From Ignavibacteriota bacterium (GTDB taxonomy: Bacteria; Bacteroidota; Ignavibacteria; Palsa-1295), in contig JANYLL010000084.1 of the NCBI GenBank assembly GCA_025357895.1, positions 1 through 35,031 of the forward strand: DNA of 35,031 bases. The letters are read 5' to 3'. Position numbers and translations under genes: made by a program. The notes below the pieces were generated by a model. It was not told where the DNA came from. It ran no database searches and saw nothing but the letters and a program-made list of their open reading frames with translations. Numbering within the stretch: the first letter of the stretch is position 1; the number at the start of each line of letters is the position of its first letter. Positions 1-8,446 of the stretch are shown here, piece after piece.

Positions 1-3000
1 CTTTTGGGAAGACGAAGAATAACTTCCTTGGTTCATTCTTTTTTGAACGCAAGGTTTAAAATTAACGATCTCAGCTCTCACTTATACTCAAATAGCGATG
101 AACATATACTTAAACTTTGGAATGAGAGCTTATATGAAATCATCAACTTTCAAATTCTGGACAAAGTAGATATTCCGTTTTTCGACCGCTTATTATCAGC
201 AAAAGTTTCAAAATCTGCCGGACGCCAGCGGGCATCTGATGCTCTTACAGCTTATGGAGCAGCAACATCGACAGGCGAACAAGTTAAGGCATATCAGGAA
301 CTTGTAGCCGCATTCTTTACTAAAGAATTCAAACTTCGGGAAGTTCTTTTAACGAAGGATACAAAGGAAGATATCCGAGAGTCTGCAGATGTTTTAATAC
401 AGCCATATATAAAATATTCCTCGCTGATCAATGCTTATATTGAGTGTTTAAATAGTCCGGATATATTAAAGGTTTATTTGGAATATTCTCGTCATCTACT
501 AAATATTTATACGCGTGTTCTTAATAACTATACAGGACAGAAAATTAATTACAGTTTTCTCGACTATGACGACCTTATAGAGTACGCCTTGCGCCTTGTA
601 CATATACCGGAGATTCAAGCCGAGTTAATCAAGAGATTCTCCCATATTCTTATTGATGAATATCAAGACACGGATGCCGCACAATACGCAATCGCCAAAG
701 CTCTTACCGGAAGTTTTCAACGTGAGAACAGATTGACTGTTGTCGGTGATCCAAAACAATCCATTTATTCATTCCGTAATGCCGATCTTGAGCTTTATTA
801 TAATACAATCGATCAGATATCAGCAGCGCAATTCAATAAAGAGCCAATCGTACTTGCGGAAAGTTTTCGGATGCTTTCACATCCTGCAGCTTTTATTAAT
901 AAAGTATTCACAAGTACTTTTATAAATGATTCTTCACACAAATTTGCTTATGCTGACTCTCACTTAATAGAAGGTCGGAATGAATCTAAAGACGGATCAG
1001 TGGAATTGTTGCTTCCGCTGCCATCTGAAGAGGATCGACAAAATGATACTGATGAAACTACGGAGTCTATTGAAGACGTAATAAGTCCTAGTGAAGTTAA
1101 GCTAATTGCTTTAAAAATAAGAGAAATTATCGTAAATTCAAACAAAAAATATTCTTTGATTGAAAAGAACGATAGTGACTCTATCACGCGTCACCCAGCA
1201 TACAACGATATTGCGATTTTACTTCGTAGTCGCTCTCATCAAAGTGAAATAGAATCCGAACTGCGAAGAAATAGTATTCCCTTCGTCACCTATGGCGGAA
1301 GAGGATTTTATTCTCGGGCAGAGATTATAGATATTACAAATTATCTGCGATTCCTGATAAATTCCAATGATGATATAGCACTAGCCGGGGTTTTGCGCTC
1401 GCCGTATTTTGGGTTAAGCGATATTGATCTTTATCGTCTCGTCCCCGAACACGGTTCGACTTTAAATCTTTGGCAGCGACTTTCACTTTACCTTTCTAAT
1501 CAGAATGATAAACATATCCATCGTGCCCATAAGCAATTAAGCGAGAATTTGCAGCTTGTCGGAAGAGTAAGCACGCAATTCTTATTACAAAAGATTATTA
1601 CAGAATCCGGTATACTTGGCACGTTACAGTCTCTCCCTGATGGCATTCAAAAAATAGCTAATATAGAAAAATATCAGCGCTTAGCACTTGCATTCGGTAA
1701 AGAAGGCTATTCAGGCACCTATGATTTCATTGAACGAATAACTCTTCTTATGGAAAGAGAGGAAATGGAAGCGCAAGCCGAACCGCAGAAAGACATAAAC
1801 GCTGTTCATTTGATGACGATTCACAACGCTAAGGGACTTGAATTTCCTATAGTATTTCTTCCTTATTTACATACATCTCTCCTAAGTGGAGATGCCCGTA
1901 GAATATGGAATGCCCTTGATAAAAACCTTGGTATCGGTGTTGATCTGCCTGAACAGACAAAAAAACAGCCGATCGTAGAGCTAATAAAAATACGTAATAA
2001 AGAGAAGGAAATAGAAGAAGAAAAAAGAATTTTTTATGTTGCTATGACTCGCGCACGAGATCATCTAATTCTTTCGGCCTCTCCAAAAAGAAATTATAAA
2101 AATGCCCGAATTGCCTGGGTTTTCGATTCACTTGGCGTAAGTGATATAGCGGCAGAAAATTCACTTGTCCTTCATACCTCAATTACACGTTATCGGACAA
2201 TAAACGATTTACCGCAAACGTATATTGATTCTATTGAATTTGAAATCCCTATTATTCGTAGTATTACTGATATTGTATTATCTTCAGAACCTAAGAAGGC
2301 TGACATTGAAGTTTTGAAGCCATTTGAAATACAATTAAGGAGAGTCGAGCCATCTGAAAGCATCGGACGCTACAGTCCTTCTCAACTTCTTACTTACTTA
2401 GAGTGCCCGACAAAATATTATCTCCGTTACCAATTGGGTTTACCTGAAGACATAAAGCTCCCCTATTACAACGAAGCTGATACACTCGCTGAGAATGTGC
2501 AAGGGACATTGTTTGGTCAAATTCTTCATCGTCTTCTTGAAAAATCAACTGCCTATATTACCGATGGAATTATAGATCATGCACTGTTGGATGAGAGATT
2601 TAATATATTATGCAATGAACTTCATCTCTCGGATAACGATCGCAAAAGATTTATTGAACGCTTGAGATCCGATATAACGAATGTCTATTCGACTTCATTA
2701 GGCAAACAAACCTTGAATGCAAAGCAGTATTATACTGAACTTGCTTTGCGCTCCGAGTTACAGAGCGGTCAAATGCTTTCCGGTATCATTGACAGACTTT
2801 TTCTGGATGAAGAGGGCATTTGGAATATTCTCGATTATAAAACGGATGTACGGGAAAGCACCAAAAAGAAAAAAAGATATGAATTCCAATTGCAATTTTA
2901 TGCATATCTCGTTTCATTGCTTTACGACCAAGAAATTGTAAAGGCTCATGTTTTATATACTCACACTGGAAATGCACTTTCATTTATATTCACTGAAAAA

Positions 3001-3204
3001 GATTTTACCGGTGTCGGTGATCGACTAGAAATTCTCATATCCAAGATCAGATCACAAAAAAAAATAAAGTCACTTGAAGATATTGAGCATACTATTTCTC
3101 ATTGCTCCGAATGCCCGTATTTTAATCTGTCCCAAAATTTATGTATCGCGGGATCGGGTAAAGAACCGATTCAACTCCAAACGAAATTGCTTTTTATAGA
3201 CTAA
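1..3204 (+). CDS. UvrD/AddA-type ATP-dependent DNA helicase with a C-terminal PD-(D/E)XK (RecB/Cas4-like) nuclease domain; 5' end cut by the window edge
   Basis: Frame 1 is open from base 1 to TAA at 3202-3204. Helicase motifs are ILIDEYQDTD (II), VVGDPKQSIYSFRNA (III), MTIHNAKGLEFPIVFL (V) and FYVAMTRARDHLILS (VI). Nuclease motifs are DRLFLDEEGIWNILDYKTD and QLQFYAYL. There is a Cys in LECPTKYY plus a C-terminal CSEC-x9-C. Confidence 0.85.
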   Translation, partial: LLGRRRITSLVHSFLNARFKINDLSSHLYSNSDEHILKLWNESLYEIINFQILDKVDIPFFDRLLSAKVSKSAGRQRASDALTAYGAATSTGEQVKAYQELVAAFFTKEFKLREVLLTKDTKEDIRESADVLIQPYIKYSSLINAYIECLNSPDILKVYLEYSRHLLNIYTRVLNNYTGQKINYSFLDYDDLIEYALRLVHIPEIQAELIKRFSHILIDEYQDTDAAQYAIAKALTGSFQRENRLTVVGDPKQSIYSFRNADLELYYNTIDQISAAQFNKEPIVLAESFRMLSHPAAFINKVFTSTFINDSSHKFAYADSHLIEGRNESKDGSVELLLPLPSEEDRQNDTDETTESIEDVISPSEVKLIALKIREIIVNSNKKYSLIEKNDSDSITRHPAYNDIAILLRSRSHQSEIESELRRNSIPFVTYGGRGFYSRAEIIDITNYLRFLINSNDDIALAGVLRSPYFGLSDIDLYRLVPEHGSTLNLWQRLSLYLSNQNDKHIHRAHKQLSENLQLVGRVSTQFLLQKIITESGILGTLQSLPDGIQKIANIEKYQRLALAFGKEGYSGTYDFIERITLLMEREEMEAQAEPQKDINAVHLMTIHNAKGLEFPIVFLPYLHTSLLSGDARRIWNALDKNLGIGVDLPEQTKKQPIVELIKIRNKEKEIEEEKRIFYVAMTRARDHLILSASPKRNYKNARIAWVFDSLGVSDIAAENSLVLHTSITRYRTINDLPQTYIDSIEFEIPIIRSITDIVLSSEPKKADIEVLKPFEIQLRRVEPSESIGRYSPSQLLTYLECPTKYYLRYQLGLPEDIKLPYYNEADTLAENVQGTLFGQILHRLLEKSTAYITDGIIDHALLDERFNILCNELHLSDNDRKRFIERLRSDITNVYSTSLGKQTLNAKQYYTELALRSELQSGQMLSGIIDRLFLDEEGIWNILDYKTDVRESTKKKKRYEFQLQFYAYLVSLLYDQEIVKAHVLYTHTGNALSFIFTEKDFTGVGDRLEILISKIRSQKKIKSLEDIEHTISHCSECPYFNLSQNLCIAGSGKEPIQLQTKLLFID

Positions 3205-3205
3205 T

Positions 3206-3940
3206 CTATTTCAATCCCACTGAGACTCCCGCAAGATACCCAACTTCGAAAATACTTCGAAGATCCGGGCCATTATACGTACTCTGGGAAACTGTGAGAG
3301 GACCGATCGAGGGGAATCCCCACAATCTTATTGATCCAGTAATTCCAATGTCGAATGAATTATTTGTATAGATCGTAATTCTTCCACGAATAAAGGTCGA
3401 GATAAAAAAAGCATTCCAGACATCTTCAGACTCAAAGGATTGCTGAGTTCCGTCAGCTATTTTTTTAACTGAGGCCGTTGCTCCTCCTAAACCGTAACCG
3501 AGACTAATGCCTACACCAAGTCGGAATTCGTCGGTGCGAATAAAAGTCCGACTTCCTTCTAAACCAAGTGTTGTCATATAAAGGCGTTCGGCTATATCAG
3601 CATTATACGCTCCCGTTGAAGAACTTGGAATGCCATTCCAAAGACCTGTTCGAGTTCTCTGTTCATTAACGTGCTCAATAACGATCGCAAGAGATTGAAT
3701 ATAATTTGTTGCAACCTGATAACGTAGATTCAAAATCAATGGCTGACGGAAAAAACCTGTCGGATCATTATTCGACAAAAATAAAGGAGTCTGTCCGGCA
3801 TAAGCAAAAGAAATTCCAATTTCCTGATTGGTATGTTGAGCTTCAGCAGAGCCAGTCAGGAGTACTGTTACAATAAAAAAGGTACGGATGCCGATTCGGT
3901 GGAATCCATACCTATATTTTCGGAGTCGTATCGTGATCAA
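3206..3940 (-). CDS. Hypothetical exported protein, possibly an outer-membrane beta-barrel
   Basis: 244-aa ORF. The N-terminus has a basic stretch, a hydrophobic core and AEA-Q (IRTFFIVTVLLTGSAEAQ), which reads as a signal peptide. The rest is Gly/aromatic-rich with alternating strand-like segments (LGVGISLGYGLGG, IGITGSIRLWGF). The only available start is TTG at 3940, overlapping the sdhA stop (TTGA). No family was recognised. Confidence 0.5.
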   Translation of the reverse strand: MITIRLRKYRYGFHRIGIRTFFIVTVLLTGSAEAQHTNQEIGISFAYAGQTPLFLSNNDPTGFFRQPLILNLRYQVATNYIQSLAIVIEHVNEQRTRTGLWNGIPSSSTGAYNADIAERLYMTTLGLEGSRTFIRTDEFRLGVGISLGYGLGGATASVKKIADGTQQSFESEDVWNAFFISTFIRGRITIYTNNSFDIGITGSIRLWGFPSIGPLTVSQSTYNGPDLRSIFEVGYLAGVSVGLK

Positions 3941-5694
3941 TATACCCTCTTCTTCGGTTGGTATTTTGTGATTGTCGCAGCTTTGTAATCAAGTCCGATC
4001 TTGTCGTTTGCATCTTTTGTAGCAAATGTATGCTTTAAGAAATTTATATCATCGCGTTCAGTAAAATCCTCCCTTGCATGAGCTCCGCGAGATTCCTTAC
4101 GCGCAATCCCTGAAACTGCAACGATCTCAGCAGTATCCAAAAGATTTCCAAGTTCGATTGCTTCCAGAACATCCGTATTGAACTGCATACCTTTATCGTC
4201 AACCGAAACATGCTTAAATCGCTCTTTCAATTCACCAAGTTTATCTATGGCTTTTTGCATTCCCAATTCATTACGGAAAATACCTACATCTTCCATCATA
4301 AAGTTTTGCATTTCAGTACGAATATCGGAGCAATTCTCACCTTTCGGATGTGCTTTTAGGTCGGCGACTTTCTTTTTCGTCCATTCACCGGCATCATTGG
4401 GAAGAGGAGGCAATACAGCCGTTTTCAGGAATTCCACAATAGCTTTTCCGCCTCGGCGACCGAAAACAATGAGATCGAGCAATGAATTTGTACCGAGACG
4501 ATTTGCTCCATGGACACTGACGCAAGCGCACTCTCCAGCAGCATAAAAACCCGTTGTCTTCTCCCCTTTGGCATTCTTCAAAACACGTCCATCTATATCA
4601 GTCGGAATACCACCCATTGTATAATGAGCGGTTGGCTGAATCGGCACTCCTTCTTTTGTTGGCTCAACTCCCAGGTAAGTTCTGGCAAATCCGGTAATCT
4701 CTGGAAGCTTTTCGTTAATTATTTTTGGATCTAAATGAGTCAAATCCAAATCGACATAACTTGTTCCATCTGAACCTGTTATACCTCTGCCTTCACGTAT
4801 CTCTGTAATGATAGCACGGCTTACCATATCACGGGGAGCAAGATCTTTAACGGTCGGAGCGTAACGCTCCATGAACCGTTCTCCATCTTTATTACGAAGA
4901 ATACCGCCTTCGCCTCGCGCGGCTTCACTAACGAGAATACCAAGTTTCCAAAGTCCGGTTGGATGGAATTGCATGAATTCCATATCTTCAAGAGGAATGC
5001 CTTTATTATAAGAAAGAATAAATCCGTCACCTGTTCCGACATGCGCATTCGACGTGATGCGCCAGATTCTACCATCGCCGCCAGTGGCGAACATCACTGC
5101 TTTCGCATGGAAAGTATTTATTTCGCCGGAAAGAATATCTATAGCGACAACGCCGGAGCAAACACCATCTTCATAGAGAAGCTCAGTTACAAAATATTCA
5201 CTAAAAAAATTTATTTTATTTTTAATGCAATTCTCATACAGCGTATGAAGCATTACATGTCCCGTTCTATCAGCAGAGTAACACGCGCGTTTAACGGGAA
5301 TACGCTTTGAATCGGGATCATTACGATCGATCGGCTTCGTGTGTCCGCCGAAAGGACGCTGAGCAATTTTTCCCTCATCTGTACGCGAAAAAGGCATACC
5401 CATGTGCTCAAGTTCAACAATAGCGCGAGGCGCGTCATTACACATGACTTCTATAGCATCCTGATCACCAAGGTAATCAGAGCCTTTAACAGTATCGAAG
5501 GCATGCCACTCAGGATTATCTTCTTCGAGATTGCCGAGCGCTGCACATACACCGCCCTGAGCGGCACCTGTATGAGATCGCAATGGATGGACTTTGGTCA
5601 GTACAGAACATGTATAATTCGCAGGAATTTCTACTGCGGCGCGCAACCCCGCACCACCTGCTCCAACGATAACAACATCGAAAGTATGAGTCAT
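3937..5694 (-). CDS. sdhA: Succinate dehydrogenase / fumarate reductase flavoprotein subunit
   Basis: 585 aa. It has the N-terminal FAD fold DVVIVGAGGAGLRAA and LRSHTGAAQGG, which contains the His used for covalent FAD in SdhA/FrdA. It also has FHPTG, ESRGAHAREDF and the typical C-terminal KKRVY. Confidence 0.9.
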   Translation of the reverse strand: MTHTFDVVIVGAGGAGLRAAVEIPANYTCSVLTKVHPLRSHTGAAQGGVCAALGNLEEDNPEWHAFDTVKGSDYLGDQDAIEVMCNDAPRAIVELEHMGMPFSRTDEGKIAQRPFGGHTKPIDRNDPDSKRIPVKRACYSADRTGHVMLHTLYENCIKNKINFFSEYFVTELLYEDGVCSGVVAIDILSGEINTFHAKAVMFATGGDGRIWRITSNAHVGTGDGFILSYNKGIPLEDMEFMQFHPTGLWKLGILVSEAARGEGGILRNKDGERFMERYAPTVKDLAPRDMVSRAIITEIREGRGITGSDGTSYVDLDLTHLDPKIINEKLPEITGFARTYLGVEPTKEGVPIQPTAHYTMGGIPTDIDGRVLKNAKGEKTTGFYAAGECACVSVHGANRLGTNSLLDLIVFGRRGGKAIVEFLKTAVLPPLPNDAGEWTKKKVADLKAHPKGENCSDIRTEMQNFMMEDVGIFRNELGMQKAIDKLGELKERFKHVSVDDKGMQFNTDVLEAIELGNLLDTAEIVAVSGIARKESRGAHAREDFTERDDINFLKHTFATKDANDKIGLDYKAATITKYQPKKRVY

Positions 5695-5711
5695 AAAATT
5701 ATATTAGAATA

Positions 5712-5719
5712 CAAAAATA
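5712..5719 (-). promoter_or_regulatory. Candidate Bacteroidota-type -7 promoter element (TAnnTTTG) upstream of sdhA
   Basis: The minus strand reads TATTTTTG, ending 17 nt before the sdhA ATG, inside the 73-nt gap after the CDF gene. This is a motif match only, and chance hits are plausible in AT-rich spacers. Confidence 0.3.
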
Positions 5720-5767
5720 CGAAAATGAAGCACCAATGTTTAAATTTTTAGTATTAGATCGTGATAA

Positions 5768-7168
5768 CTACTCAGGCTCGGAATGAATAACTATCCTTGC
5801 AAGATAAGGATATTCTTTATGAAGTGCTTGCTCAACTACTGTTACAATTGTATGAGCATCTGCGAGTGAAAGATTTTTTTCAAGTATGATTGTGAGTGAA
5901 AGTTTTAATTCTTTATTCGGTTGTGATTGCAAAAGTGTCAGGTCACATACGTCTTGAACAGAAATGTCCGCATTTTTCGCAAGACGAGACATTTCATCAA
6001 CTAAAACAGGCTTCGATGTGGTGATGTCGCGAACAACTGTCATATCGTAATCCGGACGCTCCTCTTCTAAATGCATGATGATTTTAGAGATTGCAGGCAA
6101 ATGCTCTTTGATGCGTGCTTCTATGATCTCGCTTTTTTTATGGGCATCACCCAAACTGCTTGCCGGTGGAAATTCAAGATGGAGATCAAGTGTCACACTT
6201 CCCTGCTCATCTTTACTTAGTTCGATATTATGCGGAAGCAAGCCCTCTTCAGAGATGATAAGCTTTATCGTTTCAAAAGTCGATTCATGTTCTAATTTTA
6301 CCGGAAACGGGCGCAGATTAATCTGTGAGCCGGGAAATTCCTTTAGCAAGTCCTCTTTTACTTCACTTAAAATATGCTCGACCGAAGCAAAGGGAAGCAC
6401 GCGGTTAACGCCAACTTTTGCATCAATAAAAAGATCAGGACCGGAGTGACGCATCCGCAGATCTTCGATTTCATGAACAGCTTCCGCACCCCCAATGAGT
6501 TTCGAGGCTCTTTGAAAATCTTCTGTATGAGAAAAACGGTCACTAAGTACATCAAACGCTTGTCTGCCTTGACGAATGCTGAGTGTTGCTACAAAACCTG
6601 AAACAAGCATTGCAGCGTAGGAATCTGCGCCATCAAGTTTTAAATATTTCGAGAAAAGAAGACCTATAAGTACAACAACAACACTTAAACTATCGGCAAA
6701 AAAATGAACGGCATCTGTTTGCATCGCCTGTGACTTTGCTGCCTTGCCAACTGTGCCAAGTTTCCTCGAACGCCACAAATCAAGAAAGAATGAGCCGATC
6801 AAAATGATAAACGTCACATAATCAATGGATAGATTAATATTACTCGGATGAATAAGCCTATAAAGCGCTTCATAAAATATCCATATCGATACGCCCAGCA
6901 AAAGAATACTTTGAAACAACGATGAAAGATTATCGAATTTTCCGTGACCATAAGGATGATCTTTATCGGCAGGCTTAGCAGTAATGCGAATTGCAAAAAG
7001 AGTAAGAAGAACGGAAAGCAGGTCAAGAGCAGATTCAGATGCAAGAGAAATGAGTGCAAGAGAACCTGAAAGCAAACCGCCGACCAACTTTGCCGCGATG
7101 AGGATAACCGTAACGAGGATCGAAATCCAGGCAGTCCTAAGTGTTGTAGTTTTGACTTCTGGTGCCAT
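5768..7168 (-). CDS. Cation diffusion facilitator (CDF) family metal transporter with an extended C-terminus
   Basis: 466 aa with six hydrophobic segments. The CDF signature region is SESALDLLSVLLTLFAIRITAKPADKDHPYGHGKFDNL. The cytoplasmic domain is followed by about 170 extra residues (see findings). Confidence 0.85.
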   Translation of the reverse strand: MAPEVKTTTLRTAWISILVTVILIAAKLVGGLLSGSLALISLASESALDLLSVLLTLFAIRITAKPADKDHPYGHGKFDNLSSLFQSILLLGVSIWIFYEALYRLIHPSNINLSIDYVTFIILIGSFFLDLWRSRKLGTVGKAAKSQAMQTDAVHFFADSLSVVVVLIGLLFSKYLKLDGADSYAAMLVSGFVATLSIRQGRQAFDVLSDRFSHTEDFQRASKLIGGAEAVHEIEDLRMRHSGPDLFIDAKVGVNRVLPFASVEHILSEVKEDLLKEFPGSQINLRPFPVKLEHESTFETIKLIISEEGLLPHNIELSKDEQGSVTLDLHLEFPPASSLGDAHKKSEIIEARIKEHLPAISKIIMHLEEERPDYDMTVVRDITTSKPVLVDEMSRLAKNADISVQDVCDLTLLQSQPNKELKLSLTIILEKNLSLADAHTIVTVVEQALHKEYPYLARIVIHSEPE

Positions 7169-7193
7169 TAAATTATGAAATAGAAGGAAATTT

Positions 7194-7221
7194 CATCCTT
7201 CATCATTCATCTTCCATCCTT
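7194..7221. repeat. Four tandem 7-nt units (CATCCTT CATCATT CATCTTC CATCCTT)
   Basis: Read directly from the sequence between tRNA-Leu and the CDF start codon. On the transcribed minus strand the units are AAGGATG GAAGATG AATGATG AAGGATG. Confidence 0.6.
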
Positions 7222-7228
7222 TGTTTTG

Positions 7229-7311
7229 TGCCCGAGGCCGGACTTGAACCGGCACAGCCTTTCGACTACTGCCACCTGAAGACAGCGTGTCTGCCATTTC
7301 ACCACTCGGGC
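7229..7311 (-). tRNA. tRNA-Leu, anticodon CAG, class II with a long variable arm; no encoded CCA
   Basis: The minus strand is GCCCGAG TG GTGAAATGGCAGACAC G CTGTC TTCAGGT GGCAG TAGTCGAAAGGCTGT GCCGG TTCAAGT CCGGC CTCGGGC A. It forms a 7-bp acceptor stem, a 5-bp anticodon stem with loop TT-CAG-GT, a 4-bp variable-arm stem and a GTTCAAGT T-loop. Confidence 0.92.
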
Positions 7312-7456
7312 TAAGAGCGCGACTAAACAGCCGTGTTGCGAAGAGGATTCCTATTTCTGATGTTCAAAATGAATCCTCTTTATGAAAATTGTGTTATAAA
7401 GTTTCCCAATAATTATAGGATGTGCCTTTTTATTGAATTTTATAAGTTTATTAATA

Positions 7457-8332
7457 ATGCTGCGTTATAAGGCTGATCGCCGAACTCTTGCCTACATGTT
7501 TATTACCACCGCTCTTTTATTTGTGCAGTGGAATTTGGTATCTTTTAATATTTTTCTATACATTATTAGCCTCTTCCTTGCTATCGCCGTAGCAGTTATT
7601 GCCCATAATCACAACCACTTACCAATGTGGCGCTCCAAGACATTAAATGTTCTTACAGATTATTGGCTTACACTTTTCTATGGCTTCCCGGCGTTCGGAT
7701 GGATCCCAACACATAATAAGAACCATCATGTTTTAAATAATAAAGAAGGCGATTATACGATTACCTATAGGATTACTGAAAAAAACAACTTCTTTTCTCT
7801 TGTAAGCTATCCGTCTATTTCAAGCTTCTATCAACAAAAGCCGATCAGGGATTATTTAAAAATGCTGTGGAGAACAGATCGCACAGAGTTCTATTTTGCA
7901 TTTCTCCAATATTTCGCTCTTGCAGCACTATATATTATTGCCTTTTATTTTGATTGGAAAAAAGCCTTAATCTTTATTGCCATTCCGCATCAGATATCAT
8001 TATTCAGCGTACTTATATTTAATTACGTGCAACATGTACATGCAGATGAAGAATCTGAGTATAATCATTCAAGAAATTTTGTTGGCTTTCTAAATAAAAT
8101 GCTATTTAATAACGGCTACCACACGGTTCATCATCAGCGTGCAGGTACGCATTGGAGTGAAACTCCTCTGGCTCATAAAAAAGTAGAGCATCTTATCGAT
8201 CCTGTTCTCAATGAAAGAGGATTTTGGGGTTACATAGCACGATCCTATTTTGTTGCCCCGTTCTCTAAGAAATTTGCAACAAATTCTATGCGACTTGAGC
8301 GAATGAAAAAAACTTATCACAAACCAGTGTAG
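7457..8332 (+). CDS. Fatty acid desaturase family membrane protein (di-iron, three His boxes)
   Basis: The His boxes are HNHNH, HNKNHH and HTVHH, spaced as in membrane desaturases, with hydrophobic segments between them. I chose the ATG at 7457; an in-frame TTG at 7433 is the ORF-track start. Substrate unknown. Confidence 0.75.
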   Translation: MLRYKADRRTLAYMFITTALLFVQWNLVSFNIFLYIISLFLAIAVAVIAHNHNHLPMWRSKTLNVLTDYWLTLFYGFPAFGWIPTHNKNHHVLNNKEGDYTITYRITEKNNFFSLVSYPSISSFYQQKPIRDYLKMLWRTDRTEFYFAFLQYFALAALYIIAFYFDWKKALIFIAIPHQISLFSVLIFNYVQHVHADEESEYNHSRNFVGFLNKMLFNNGYHTVHHQRAGTHWSETPLAHKKVEHLIDPVLNERGFWGYIARSYFVAPFSKKFATNSMRLERMKKTYHKPV

Positions 8333-8446
8333 TTTTAATATCGCCAAGTAGCATTCTACATTTTCCTGAGAGTTATTTCCTTTCTAACTTGTTAGTAGTA
8401 CCTAACCTGTATACTTTTTTAATATTTTACCTCATTTATACTGCCG

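Noticed and set aside
3937-5694. Flavoprotein as L-aspartate oxidase (NadB) rather than SdhA/FrdA
   Set aside because: It has the RSHT-x-AAQGG His for covalent FAD, a length of about 585 aa and the C-terminal R-V-Y tail typical of SdhA/FrdA. NadB is shorter and lacks the His.
4178-5751. Plus-strand ORFs of 74-136 aa antisense to sdhA
   Set aside because: The sdhA frame carries all the conserved flavoprotein motifs. The antisense translations show no recognisable features.
7229-7311. tRNA-Leu as the integration site of a genomic island
   Set aside because: There is no integrase, excisionase or other mobile gene on either side. I saw no repeat of the tRNA 3' half elsewhere in the window. The flanking genes (CDF transporter, desaturase, speA) look like ordinary chromosome. 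This cannot be excluded without a whole-genome comparison.
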